Below are positions 33,776 through 46,162 of a stretch of 64,000 nucleotides of DNA, one piece after another; positions within the stretch are counted from its first letter, which is position 1, and every line of letters begins with the position of its first letter. The DNA comes from Podarcis filfolensis (taxonomy: Eukaryota), in assembly GCA_964270895.1 (NCBI GenBank), contig OZ185437.1; one strand, 5' to 3'. The notes beneath the pieces are model-generated. The model was not told the DNA's origin. It did not search any database and worked only from the letters and a program-made list of their open reading frames with translations. Both the position numbers and the translations under genes were made by a program.

Positions 33776-35620
33776 TAAATAAAATGGTTCAATATATATA
33801 ACTTGAAAATGGACCATGTCAGACAAATATCCACCTGGACAGACAGAAAGGGGAAGTCAAAGCGATCAAGTAACTGGAGCAATTCTCTCACGAGGGAAGG
33901 TTGCAAGATTTGGGGCATTTTATTTCAGAAAAAAGTAAGAAGGTGTTACTGAGCCCAACACTGGGGGCAAATCAGTATGCTTGGTGAAGGTGAGCATCCC
34001 AGAGAGAAGTGGAATAGAAGGAAATCTTTAGGCAAGAAGCTCTAACCACTGGGCTATGGCCCTCCTTCTTTGATCCTGAGTAACTTGAATACTCTTCTCA
34101 TCTATTGCGAAATTGCAAAAGAAAAACTCTAAACCTATAACCACAAGACCATTAGCAGTTGTGGCTCTGCTACAATGATGGTATGACATCATACTACTAG
34201 CAAAGCTTCTTTACCAAAAAATTAAGACACATTCAGTCATGGAGGAGTGAAGTGACCAATTCTACAGATGGTGGGACTTCACCACCATCAAAGGCAAAGC
34301 CTTTATCAGGCAAGGAGGACAACAATTCTTCCATCCAAACAAGAGAAACAGTTGGGGAATTTAGAAGTTCACATCCCCTTTGCTTGGTGCCTGTGAATTG
34401 CTTTCTGGGCCTAGTTCACTGACAACCCCAGTTTGTACCATGTCAGAAATGGGCAGATGACTCAGCCATGAGTTTAACCATTACAGATTTTTCTGTGGTT
34501 CTCTTTACTCTTTTCCCACAGAATTTGCAACAGAATTGGCACCCCATCTACAGTATTTAAAACCCATAGAGGAAGAGAAACAATGGCTAAGTTACTGACC
34601 AAGGGCAGATTTATGGAGCCCAGGGAATGTAAAGTATGGATACCTTTGAATCTATGGTTAGAGTTTACAGAGCAGTGACTGATGCTTCTGACAACATTAC
34701 TGCTTATAATATAATTTATTTGGGATAAGGTTTTGGAAGATTCTGAGGACATACAGACATGCTGTTCTCCCTTAAAGTAAGCAATTCTAAACAGTAACCT
34801 AACATCTTAGTCCACTGTCTGCCTCTGGCTGAACAACTACAGTATAATAAACTGCCTTAATTCTGTTGATTTTGATGACACTAAATTATCCTAAAATTCT
34901 ACTACTTAGACCTAATGGGAACTTGTGTCTTACTGTTGCAAGTGTTTCAGGGCATTGTAAAACTCTATTCAACAGGACACTTTTTTCCATTTCCAATCAG
35001 TTCATGAAGTGAAATATACAAAGTATACTGCCCTTCATATTTGGCTTTCACTTGCTTGTTCCCATAATAAAGATTTAATGGTAATATTTATAATCCTTCC
35101 ATTTCTTTAAAAAACGTGAGAGCTGAAATGCACACGGGGATTTAAACTCTGGTAAACATGGTACAGGGCTTTTTCTCTCTATATCCCACCCCACTGGACA
35201 AGCACCCTGCTTTTCATCAGCCCTGATCTCATTTTAATGCAATAGTCAAACCTATTTGTTAAACTCGCTGCAAACAGTGCCTCCTTGCACAGAGGAGCTG
35301 TTTCTGAGCACCTGAAAATTACCCAACATCAAATATATTGCACAAAAGGCATTTGGGCTAATTGAAGCATCGGATGAGACAACTAAAAAAAAAAATCATC
35401 TCATTAGAATTTCTCATTAGCTTCAATGGTGACCTCTGGAAAGATAAACCTCTGTGCCAGGAAATGAGACATCTTGGCAAAGTCCCCTTCTTTCAGAAAT
35501 AGGATGCAAAGTTGTTTCCAGGGCACACGTAATGGAGAGCGTTATCTGCTGATCTCCCTGAAATGTCTCAAATGCAGCTGCGAGGGTTGCACAAAAAGGA
35601 GAAACAAATGCCAAACTCAC

Positions 35621-35818
35621 CATCGTAGCAATATCCATGGAAGCAAGGGTTAGAGCTGCACTCGTTGACGTTGATCTCACAGCGTGGGCCTTCAAAGCCC
35701 TTCAGACACTGGCACCGGAATCCAAGGGGAAAGGCAGCCAAGTCCGTCTCTTTCAGACACACAGCTCCGTTCTCACAGGGATTCCCTCCCTCACAGGGCC
35801 TGAATTCACAATTAAAAC
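35621..35818 (-). CDS. EYS: EYS coding exon E (198 nt, phase 1-1; one full EGF plus the N-terminal part of a cbEGF)
   Basis: Minus strand: ttttccttccag|GTTTTAAT...TACGATG|gtgagt. Translates (G)[65 protein letters not shown](V); in frame with exons D and F. Confidence 0.92.
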
Positions 35819-36368
35819 CTGGAAGGAAAAGAAAACAAAAGTTGGCACCATTTAACTAATAAACTGGTTGTTACCTATCCTGTGCCGTATTGTATCCTAA
35901 GTTAACTAATTAAAGACACTTGGCACAAAATCTTTTCTAATCCTTTTATCTCCCCTTCCTCATGCAAAAAATAAAATAAAATACAAATCCAGAAATTTCT
36001 TTGCTGTTCAGTTTTAGAAACAAGAAAGTAATTCTTTTCTCTGTAGCCTACGCATATAAAACTAAGATGTACGGGTTGTTGTTTTTTAAATCTGATAAAC
36101 AAACATTTAAACAGTGTCACAAACCAAGGCACGCATTCCCATAGAAAGTAATGCACAACAGATTAATTTGTTCCAGACTTTTAAAAACAACCCCTAAAAC
36201 AGCAATTTAACATGAATTTTACTATCTAACAAGACCATTGATCCATAAAATGACAGCAATAATCAATGTAATGTACTATAAAATAAATAAGACAGTGTTT
36301 GTAGTCACAAAAACAAATTAACCCAAAAAGCCTCAAAAAGAAAAATGCAAAAACAAAAGCACCAAATA

Positions 36369-36590
36369 CAGTGGTACCTTGGTTCTCGAACTTAACCCGT
36401 TCCAAAATGTTTGAAAACCAAGGCGCGACTTCTGATTGGTGCAGGCGCCCCAGAAACAATAGCCGACAGCCGTATCAGATGTTTGACTTCCGAAAAACAT
36501 TCGAAAACCAGAACACTTACTTCTGGGTTTTCAGCATTTGAGAACCAAGGCTTTTGACTAGCAAGGTATTTGAGAACCAAGGTACCACTA
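36369..36590. mobile_element. Tc1/mariner MITE, third family
   Basis: TIRs CAGTGGTACCTTGGTTCTC...GAGAACCAAGGTACCACTA; TA TSD. Confidence 0.85.
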
Positions 36591-36837
36591 TATGTCACAT
36601 AGCCTGAGCAGTGTCTGTAACTCAGGAATGATGTACGTCCTTCTCCATTGGTTGTGTGTGTGGCTTTTGGACCCAATAATCTGATTGGCTCAGAAAGATA
36701 CTTTGCCAAATTCCAACGTTTTCCTATGAGTAGAGTTTATGTACTTGAAATTAATTTCCTGCTGAAACATGTATTTGTCTGTGTCTTAAAATATTATGGT
36801 TATCAACAATATTGAGAGAACGGTCTCACCATCCCTA

Positions 36838-37230
36838 TGTGAAAGGTATTCCATTAAAGGAATCCAGGGACTCAACTTGGTTTGGTGAACCCCCGAGAGG
36901 GGGTTGTGCCTGTACGTGAGTCCAGGGGAGCATCTGAGGAGTGAACAGAGTCTGTTCCCAGGCTTTTCACCTGCCTCAGGTGTTCACCCTTGGCTGACCT
37001 ATGATGGAGCTCTGGGTCAGCGCTACCTGCAAGGGTGTAGGGAGCTAGTCAAACCAGAGCCTATGCAACCACTCACTTTTCAGTAATCAATAAAGCTGTG
37101 GCCTAAATTCTGCCAATAACCAAAACTAAAATTTGAGTCAAATGTGTTTTTATTTAGGGGGGAAGTCTCTGGGTCTGAACACGCAATGGAATAATCATGA
37201 ACAAGATGTCTTTCATTCAGTGCTAATTCA
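36838..37230 (+). mobile_element. Possible solo LTR
   Basis: TG start, GC-richer body, AATAAA near 37089, CA end, possible 4-bp TSD CCTA. The right boundary is uncertain because a 4-bp match can be chance. Confidence 0.35.
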
Positions 37231-40200
37231 CCTATAATACCTATTTTCGTATCTGTAGAGATTCATTGTAATTCATTTTACCCTCTCCTAGAGCTATGTT
37301 CACCCTTCCTTTTAGCTGGACCATATTTCTTTAACAAGTGCATCTCAAGGTGGTTATAATACAATATACAATTAAAATAATCAAATACTACCAAGCAGTC
37401 AAATAATTATTGATCTTTTATAGTGTTAGATGCCAATAGCCACCGTGAATAGAAATGTTTTCATCATTTTTCTGAAATTGTACTGATCTTGGTACATGTC
37501 TTATTTCTGGGGGAAGGCTACTCTAGAGAGTCGGTGCTACCACAAAAAAAGGCCCCTTTCCTGGACATCACCAGATGGACACAACCAGGTGGGCCTACAT
37601 TAATGACCTTATTGACTCCATAGATCTGTTTAGAAGGTTTTCCTTCAGATAATCTGGCCCCAAGTTGTTTAGAGTAGCATTGCCTTTAAACAATGGTGTT
37701 TTATGTCCTCAGACACTGTCACCAGTCAATAACCTAGCCACCACATTGTGTATGAGCTATAGTTTCCTGAGGACACAATATGAAGATTTTAGTGACTATG
37801 TAAGTCAGACAATATTGAATATATTTTAATATACAAACCTACATAGTTCTGCCTACCTGTGGAGTCCCCCTGAGTATGCAGACACAATTGAATTATTTTT
37901 GTATATCCCCTCTGTGTTCCAAACTTAAACAATTGAGGCCACTCAAGTTCAGTGATAGATGGAAACATCGTGCCTCATAAGACAAAGGAATTTAGAGATA
38001 CATGGTTGTACCCACTAGGATATGAACTACAATAAAGACTGATATTTCAAGGGAAATGAAAGTAAAAGCTCTAATGAGATATGTCTCAAAACTTCAGTTT
38101 TCCCGCAGCTTTTTTATTGTACTTCTATCTTTAAAAAAAGAATCCTCAGCATCTCTGTGATTTATGAGTTACATGAAATAAGTAAATTAGATTTTCACTT
38201 TAGTCAGAAAGCATAATGCAATAGAAAAAAAATGAAGAATCAAAGCACTCCTGGTGGATAAAAACCTAATTAAAAAGAAGCTGACACACTCCCTGGTGAA
38301 CTCTGTTTGTTATTATTTAGCAAAATAATTTTAATAGGGAAAAAAGTTAATGCTGCCAAATCTCTAGGTACTACTTATTACCGGAATACTATTATCTTCA
38401 TGTTCAATATTATCTCATATGATGCTTCTGTGAGACATTTTTCCCTTGTTTTATTACCTTTTATCACTTTTAAGGCTCCATCTGTACTATAAACTAAATG
38501 TGTTTTAGCATTATTGCCACGGGTTTCCCTCAAGGAAGTCTGGGACGTGTAGTTTTATGATGGCACTTCTTAGATTCCTTGTTAGCAGCTCCATGTCTCC
38601 CGACAGAAATACAATGTTTAGGATTTTTAGGGTGGGGTTCATGAGACATACACCTTTTAAAGTTCCTATCAGATCCATGCTACAGGGAGAAGGTAGGGAA
38701 CCTGCTGAATTCAGCCCCTGCAAGTATGGCTAATGGACAGGGATAATGGGAGTTGTAGTCCAGTGTCACCTGTGTTCTCTTTCCCTCCCCTAGGGAATCA
38801 CTTCCCAAAATACTACAAATACCACTGTTGAACCTTATGTTTTGAAGAAAAGATACCATTCTCACATAACATTGGTCCCCCCCCCCATGCAGTGTCCTGC
38901 TTATAGATTAGAGGTCGAGAGTTTATATTTGTTATGAGTTGAAGGCTGAAGAGCTTTCTCTGCAAAGGCATCCCACTTGTGGAGCAGTTCCCTCCTTCCA
39001 GGATTCCAGGTCTTTAGACAAGCCTTCTCAGTATGTTGGGCACTATATGGTATCTGGATGTGCCAATATGTTTCTAACTGTATTTTATTGTTTTATTGTA
39101 CTTTATGCACTGGTGACCCACGCTGCTGATCATTTGTGCAAGATATAAATCCCATAAATATATGTAATTACCTGGCTGAAATATCTGCTTCTTGCATCTC
39201 AATTACTGTAGTGGGGCGACAAACCAATTATGTCATCCATCCAAGGAAATAGATGGATCCAATTAGCTTCCAGAACTAAGAGATTAACCCCACAACCCTA
39301 TACATGCCAACAACACAAGTAAGTCCCATTGAGGACAATGAGACATACTTCCTAGTAAGTGCATATAGCAGAGGTAGGGAACCTATGTGGCCCTCCAGCT
39401 GTTCCTCAACTATAGTGCTTATCACCTGTGGTCATGCTGGCTGCAGCTGATGGGAGTTTGAGTCCAAAAACATCTGGAGGGTCAAAGATGTTCCCCACTG
39501 CTGGTGTATAGGACTGCAGTGTCCAGAAGGACTTTAAAAAATCAACATGGGGTATAGGAGGCAGTGCTGGCCTGGTGGTAGAAGCCGAATAATCCTACTT
39601 TACTTGTATAGAAGAAAACAAGACTTTCATGCTCATATACCATAAGCAAAGAAATTATAGCCCTCAAGGAACAGAATGAAGACCAGCATGTGCAGCCATG
39701 ACCAACCTCTAAAATCCTCTTGCAGCTTTCTACATTATAGGCCTGCAGTTAATATGCCTATCTAAATGTTTTTGCCCCTTTCCCCCACTTAATCAAAGCT
39801 TGTTCAGCACTGCAATTTCCCCACACCCACAGTTCCTTGCCTTATGATTTTGACAGGCTGCTTGGCCTCCTTTAATCTTCAGTCTTATCAGACTGTCAAA
39901 CTCTTAAGCTTTTTAAAATCAACAGCTGAAGACTGCATACTATTCCGAAGGCTCACATATAGTAATTTATATTTCCCCCCTGACCTTCATGCTTATTTCA
40001 TTCTCCTCAGGGGAGGGAAATATGAAGTAGCATAGAGCTATGTTAATAATGGTAGCTTAAGAACTTTCTTCTTCTTTTTCTTCAAAAAAGTAGAATAACA
40101 GATTCTGCCTCTATTGTGTATAATAATATTATACCTCGCACAGTTCCTAATTACACCTACTTTGTTTTATTTGTAATGTATATGTGTAAGAGATTATCCA

Positions 40201-40436
40201 GGGGTCAAATGACTGTTCTGTGATAGTACTGGGGAACGAGAAAAACCCCGATGCTATTAGGTGATTGAATTAGTGAAGTATCAAAAACAGCAGGACTCAA
40301 ATTGCTATCAACCGCTGCTGTACAGTCTTAACTGGAAGCAGATGCTTGTTCTAAGGAAACCAGATGACATTTGCCACAAACAGCAATAATAAATGCTTAG
40401 TTTTCACTGAAATGGTAAACCTTTGCCTGGGCTATA

Positions 40437-40682
40437 CAGTGGTACCTCGGGTTAAGAACTTAATTTGTTCCAAAGGTCCGTTCTTAACCTGAAACCATTC
40501 TTAACCTGAGGACCACTTTAACTAATGGGGCCTCCCACTGCTGCCGTGCAATTTCTGTCCTCATCCTGAGGTAAAGTTCTTAATCTGAGGTACTACTTCC
40601 AGGATAGCGGAGTCTGTAACCCGAAGTGTTTGTAACCCAAGGTGTTTGTATCCTGAGGTGTTTGTAGCCTGAGGTACCACTG
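40437..40682. mobile_element. Tc1/mariner MITE, same family as 21142, opposite orientation
   Basis: CAGTGGTACCTCGGGTTA...CTGAGGTACCACTG; TA TSD; interior is the reverse complement of 21142-21383. Confidence 0.88.
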
Positions 40683-43049
40683 TACAACTTTAGATTTTAG
40701 GTGGGGGTCACATGAAGGGACACTCCCCTATACAGCCCCATCATCGCTATGTGCCTTTAAAAATGAGTTTATTAGGGAGAAGCATTCTAGACTGTTTCTC
40801 CTGATACACTAGTTTTTGTGCACAGGGATATTTCTTGTACGTAGGAACGTTCAGCATGGCTTAATATCCTGCACACATACCTCCAATATACAAAAAGGGT
40901 ATCCAAGTGCTGGTTCTCAGTGTCTTCAGGATCAGATCAGTGAGGTGAGCTGCCTCAAAGTCCCTTTAGGACCTGCTTCTTTGGGAGGAAGGAGTGGACA
41001 CTTGAAGTCAATTCTGGGGGCCCTTTTAATTTTTTCCCCTTCTAAAAGATGTTGCCATTCAGCTCTGCCCAGCAGCCGTTCCTGTACTGGCCTGATAAAG
41101 TAAAAGTGGAAAGAAAGCTGGGCAGCCAGCGATAACCTGTCCACCTTTTCTTCTAGCTTGTGCTCTGCTGAAGAACTGCTTGGGGTTGTGTCAGGTTTCT
41201 AGTCCCAGAAAAACTTCCTTCTTCTTTTTTGGAGCTTCAAACACAGTAGTCAGTGCACAGCTTCCTGCGTGTGGTTTTAGCTCTCTGAAATGGAGCCAAG
41301 GGGGGTGGGAATCATAATCCTTGGCAGGGGGTCTTGTGGGGTTGGGAAGGCCCTGTGTCAGCTGTTTCCAAAGAGATCTGAGCACCAAAGCAATCAAGAG
41401 CGAAGGGTAAACAGCTGATCTCTTTCCTGCTGTGCAGTGACCCTGTATGAGTCAGCTTCACAGAGCTTCTTTTAAAAAATATGACACTCCTTGAACTACG
41501 TCTCTGTGGGGAGTTTCCGCAGTGCACCCAAAATGACAGACACTGTCACTTCCCTCTTTACTCTGCTTGCATCAAGTGCTGTAATTTCTCCTGCAACTGT
41601 TTGTTTTTAAAGCACTATCTTTATCAATCCAGCAGCACTAACACATGGCAAAAGGACTGGCTATCCCTGGGAATTTTCACCAGATAACACTGGGAATACT
41701 TCACAGATTCAATTAAATACATCCCCCCCTATATGTGTACATGTCAAGCACACATACACACAAATACATAAACACATCTGTAAGTATGTCCCAGCACACA
41801 CAATGTGGCATTTCTCTTCACGAGAAATCAGGAAATTTGGTGTCCAAGGACAGTCATAAAAAGAAACGTTTCTGGAATAGAATACATTGACCAAATACAT
41901 GTGTGAAATTTCACAACTTCAGATACGCTCCCGCTTGCATGACAGAGTAAGCTATGCAAAACTGTCACTGAACAGAAGTGTTGCCTTTTTTTATTTTTAA
42001 GTGTTAACTGTCATAAAAGCTCTTTTAGTTTTTCTTCAGGGAGAGTGGCATTTAAAGTCACTTTCCATTTATATTTTCTCCAGTGGCCAAGGTTGGGGTG
42101 GGGTGGCAGGGAATATAAATCATATTTTTGTACAATTTAAAAATAGCAGCAAACTTCAGCAAAGGAACATTCCCCCTCCCCCATTTCCCAAATGTTCCCT
42201 GTGTTTGCACTCCATCATGTCTGGTATCACAATAGTTGTGTCCCCACACCTCCCATTTTCTGTTCCTGTCACTGCATTTCTAATAACAAAGCTAAAAGGT
42301 TTTTCAAGGTTACTGTGAATCACCTCAAGGTTTTATGGGGGGGAAATCTAATGAAAATTATTGCGTGGGATTTTTTCCTGCCTATTACAATGCCACTGAA
42401 AGATGTTGACTAATGTCACACACAGCTGAGACTTTGTAACTACTTGAAGACAGGGCTGTGATTTGTGAGGGAAAGCATTGACTTTCCCAATGATGGGCTA
42501 TTAGCACCTCTAAAGCAAATGACCACAATTATTTCTATTTGTCCGCATATAAGAAATCTACATCATAATTTCTAATCAATCTCCATTTCAGCCTAGTAGC
42601 TTTAAATAATGGGTTTTCTGGAATGCATCACTAATACTATGCTCATGAGAACTGTAGGAAATAAGAGTCAAACATGTAAGGTAGAATTTTATTTGCTTTT
42701 GATGTGAAATTTTCAAACTAAATACTAGAAAAAAGCCCTTACGATTTGCTTCTTATAACTTTGGCTGAATATTGTAAAACGATTTCTGATGACTTTGACA
42801 AAGGCTAAATTCAGCTTTAAACTTGCTATCAGTTGCATCCGTTGGATTATTTGTTCTATTAGTGCTGTGCCAAAACCGTTCTCCAATTTCTTTAATGTTT
42901 TCTTTTGTGTCTTTTCTTATCACTTGCCCCTGCACTTCTAGTGCCTAGTTCTTCCCCTCCTTGATTTGGATGATCATAAACGCTTCCCCCCCATCCTTGG
43001 TGGGGGTGTGTGATTTAGTCTGGATATTGTTGTCAGCTTTCCTCCCCCA

Positions 43050-43470
43050 AATCAGTTTAAAAGCAACTGTGCCAACAGTCTGTTTCCATCCTGGTTCAGG
43101 TGGAGCCTATTCTTTTTGTACAGGCCTTGCTTGTACCAAAATTTCCTCAGTGTCTAACAAACCCAAACCCCCTCCTCTTCCTCCTCTCATTCACTCAGCT
43201 GTGACTGTCTAGCCTGGAACAGACAGTATTTCAGAAAAATCTTCCTTGAATTTCATGGCTTTCCTCCTACCTAGCAACTTAAATTTTACTTCCCAAACCA
43301 CACGACAATATGTCCCCACGTTAGTGGTGCCAACATGAACCTCAACTACAGACTCTTCTCCATTGCTGTCTACCAGGCTGCTTAGACTATTTGTGACATC
43401 TGCAATCATTGCACCAGGAAGGCAGTCTGCATGCACATCACAAACCAAGTTATCCAAAGATTCACTCACT
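43050..43470 (-). mobile_element. Old CR1 ORF1 fragment (SGNH esterase-like domain)
   Basis: Translates CLPGAMIADV...VVEVHVGTTNVG...KFKLLGRR...FSEILSVP, then a degenerate GFGFVRH*GNFW...LHLNQDGNRLLA, matching CR1 ORF1 esterase blocks. Confidence 0.75.
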
Positions 43471-46036
43471 ACTAGGAGACACTCACTCCTGTTTCCTCAA
43501 CACAGGAGGGTAACGTTATAATGTAAACAGTCACCCCTAATTCAGGGCCCACTGTTGAGTGCACATTCCTTCAAGTAAGCAGAAGGAGCTTTGGATCAAA
43601 AAACTGCTCCTTGCAATTAATTTTTCAAAGCATATCCAGTCACCATAAAAATATGTGTTTGGAATCAGGGAAGCCCTAAAATATTCAATGGAAAGGGCAT
43701 TTTTGCCATGTTTCATGGTGGTTATCAAATTATGCGAATTGTTTTCCTCCACAAGATGAGTGAGGAACATGAGCTCCCTTCCTCCCTCCCCTCAAAAAAC
43801 CTGTGGTTGGAAAAAGCAGCTCTTAGCACCTTCAGCACAGACCCTGGAGAGTCACAAATCAATAACATTAACAAGGCCATGCAGTCATGCCAAATACAAA
43901 CAGGACACACTCTTTGACACCATGCAGAAAGAACAGAAATTGTATGCCATACCTGCGTAAAGTTCTGGAGGGGGAAAAACAGATGTGAAATACCAAATTA
44001 TTCCAAGAAACAAACACGTCTGAAGAAAATCTCTCTCTCTCTGTATAATGAACCAAGTTTGCTTCACTTGCTTATTATTTCATGTTTCATAGTGTTTCTT
44101 TAAGAGACAGTTTACAGTGTGAGAGTGTTTGGGTCAAATTGAGAGTACAGCGTACATATTTAGAGACGGACTTAAGCTAGCCATGTCAGGTGAGTTCTCT
44201 GAGTCTGCTCTGAGCACGATTTGGTCAGATACCATCCACCATTAAGAATAAACTTACAAGGTCCCACATCCTGTAAAATCCATGGTCACTAATCCAGGAA
44301 AGCAATTTCTCCCAATCAAACTGTAAACTGGACTTTACTGATGAATATTTGGAAGATGCACATATAGATTCATTAGAAAAGCAGAAATCTCAAGAATTGC
44401 TGTGATATATATATATAATACATGGTGTGTTTATTCTGAGGATGCCATTAAAATACATAATGGCTTGAATTTAGAATCAAAGCAGAAATGGCACCGATAT
44501 GTATTCACACACGTACTGGTTTGTAATCCAGTTTGTTGTAACATGGAGTTTCTTTTAAGAAACTGGATGAGCAAATGCCTCAGAACTAAAGGAAATATAT
44601 CTACACTGAAGTCTACCTTATGATAACAGCCTATGTTGTTAATAATTATTATATTGTTAATAGTTTAGATATCACAGGGTTCTCCCCTATGGGTGCTTCT
44701 CATGTATGCAAACACTTTTCATAATTCACACTTTGCAAAATTCACTTGATGTTGCTTTCATCAAAATGCCAGCCTGTATTCTCCCCATCTCCCAATTTAA
44801 TCCAAGAAAAGTCCTATGGCTGGTAGGCAACTGATTTGCTCCGGATCTTCACTTGCACAACAGAACTTGTGTCCCTCCTCTCTTCAGGCGCACCCCATTC
44901 TCTCCACAAATATTCTCCAGTGGGTTGGAGGGAGACCCATAATAGGTTTCAGGGAATGCACAGGATATGGAGGGGGGAGTTATGTTGTGCAAGCAGAAAT
45001 TCTTGAACTGATGAAACAAAAATTAGATTATTATTATTATTTAAAAAAAAACCTATTGTCAATGACCTGTTTGCAACCCATTTACAATATTAAGCCCCCC
45101 TCTGGAAACATCCAAAGCGGGCATTTTGTTGTTGTTTCACCATTATCATAAAATGATATTGGGCCCACCATAAGCTTATTACATCACTTGTTAACTTGCC
45201 CTAATAGTTTCACTATGCTACGCTGCCCTGAAAGGTCAGTCCTTAAAAATGTTGGCCATTATTAGAATTAATTTGGAGCTCCCAGTAGGGGTGTTTGACT
45301 GCTAGTCTCTCAAATATCAACTAGGGAACCCAATACATTCAGGAAGCATTAGCTGGATTAATGGAACGGCATCTTGGTGATCAAGGTGAGAGAGGGGACT
45401 GAATTCATTATCATTACTACGTCAGATTTTCCCAGAAATGGGGGGTATGTGGCCCTTCAGATGTTTTTGGACTACAACTGCCATTATCCCCAGCAGTACT
45501 GACTAGGACTGATGGGAACTGTACTCCAACACCTGGAGGGCTTCTCTGTGCCTATCATTTGTTAATTAAATGATATAACCAGCTGATGTTTTCCTATCTT
45601 TCTTTGACTGAAGGTACATCATAGCAGAGCCACCTTCATGGACGACAAATCCTGTATGAAGGGCAAGACGGATATAGCCACCTGGGAATCTTAGCTCAAC
45701 TTTTCTTAAAAGCCAGGGTTTATTTCACATTAACATGCATGGATCAATTTTATATAAAAATATTGGAGTGGAGTCCCTGCGTGGATATTTGATCCTCCTT
45801 GTAACTCATGGTTCCTGTTGTCCTTCAGCCCTATGCCCACTCCAATTTTACATGCTTTCAACCTTGGCTGAAGTACTTTGTGAGAGCCCAAAGATTACGA
45901 AGATGGTAAATAAGAAATCAAAATGTCCATGAACAGATTTTGGCATGTCTGTTCCTGACAATTCAGGCCTGGGTCATGGCATATTTCAGCAGTGCGATTG
46001 AAGTTATGTCATGCTTAGGACCTGAAGGCTATTCAA

Positions 46037-46162
46037 CAGACATAGACAAACTCAACCCTCCGGATGTTTTGGGACTACAATTCCCATCATCCCTGACCAC
46101 TGGTCCTGTTAGGGATGATGGGAGTTGTAGGCCAAAAACATCTGGAGGTTTGCCTATGCCTG
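46037..46162. mobile_element. Palindromic hAT MITE
   Basis: CAGACATAGACAAAC...GTTTGCCTATGCCTG; perfect 8-bp TSD CTATTCAA. Confidence 0.85.
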
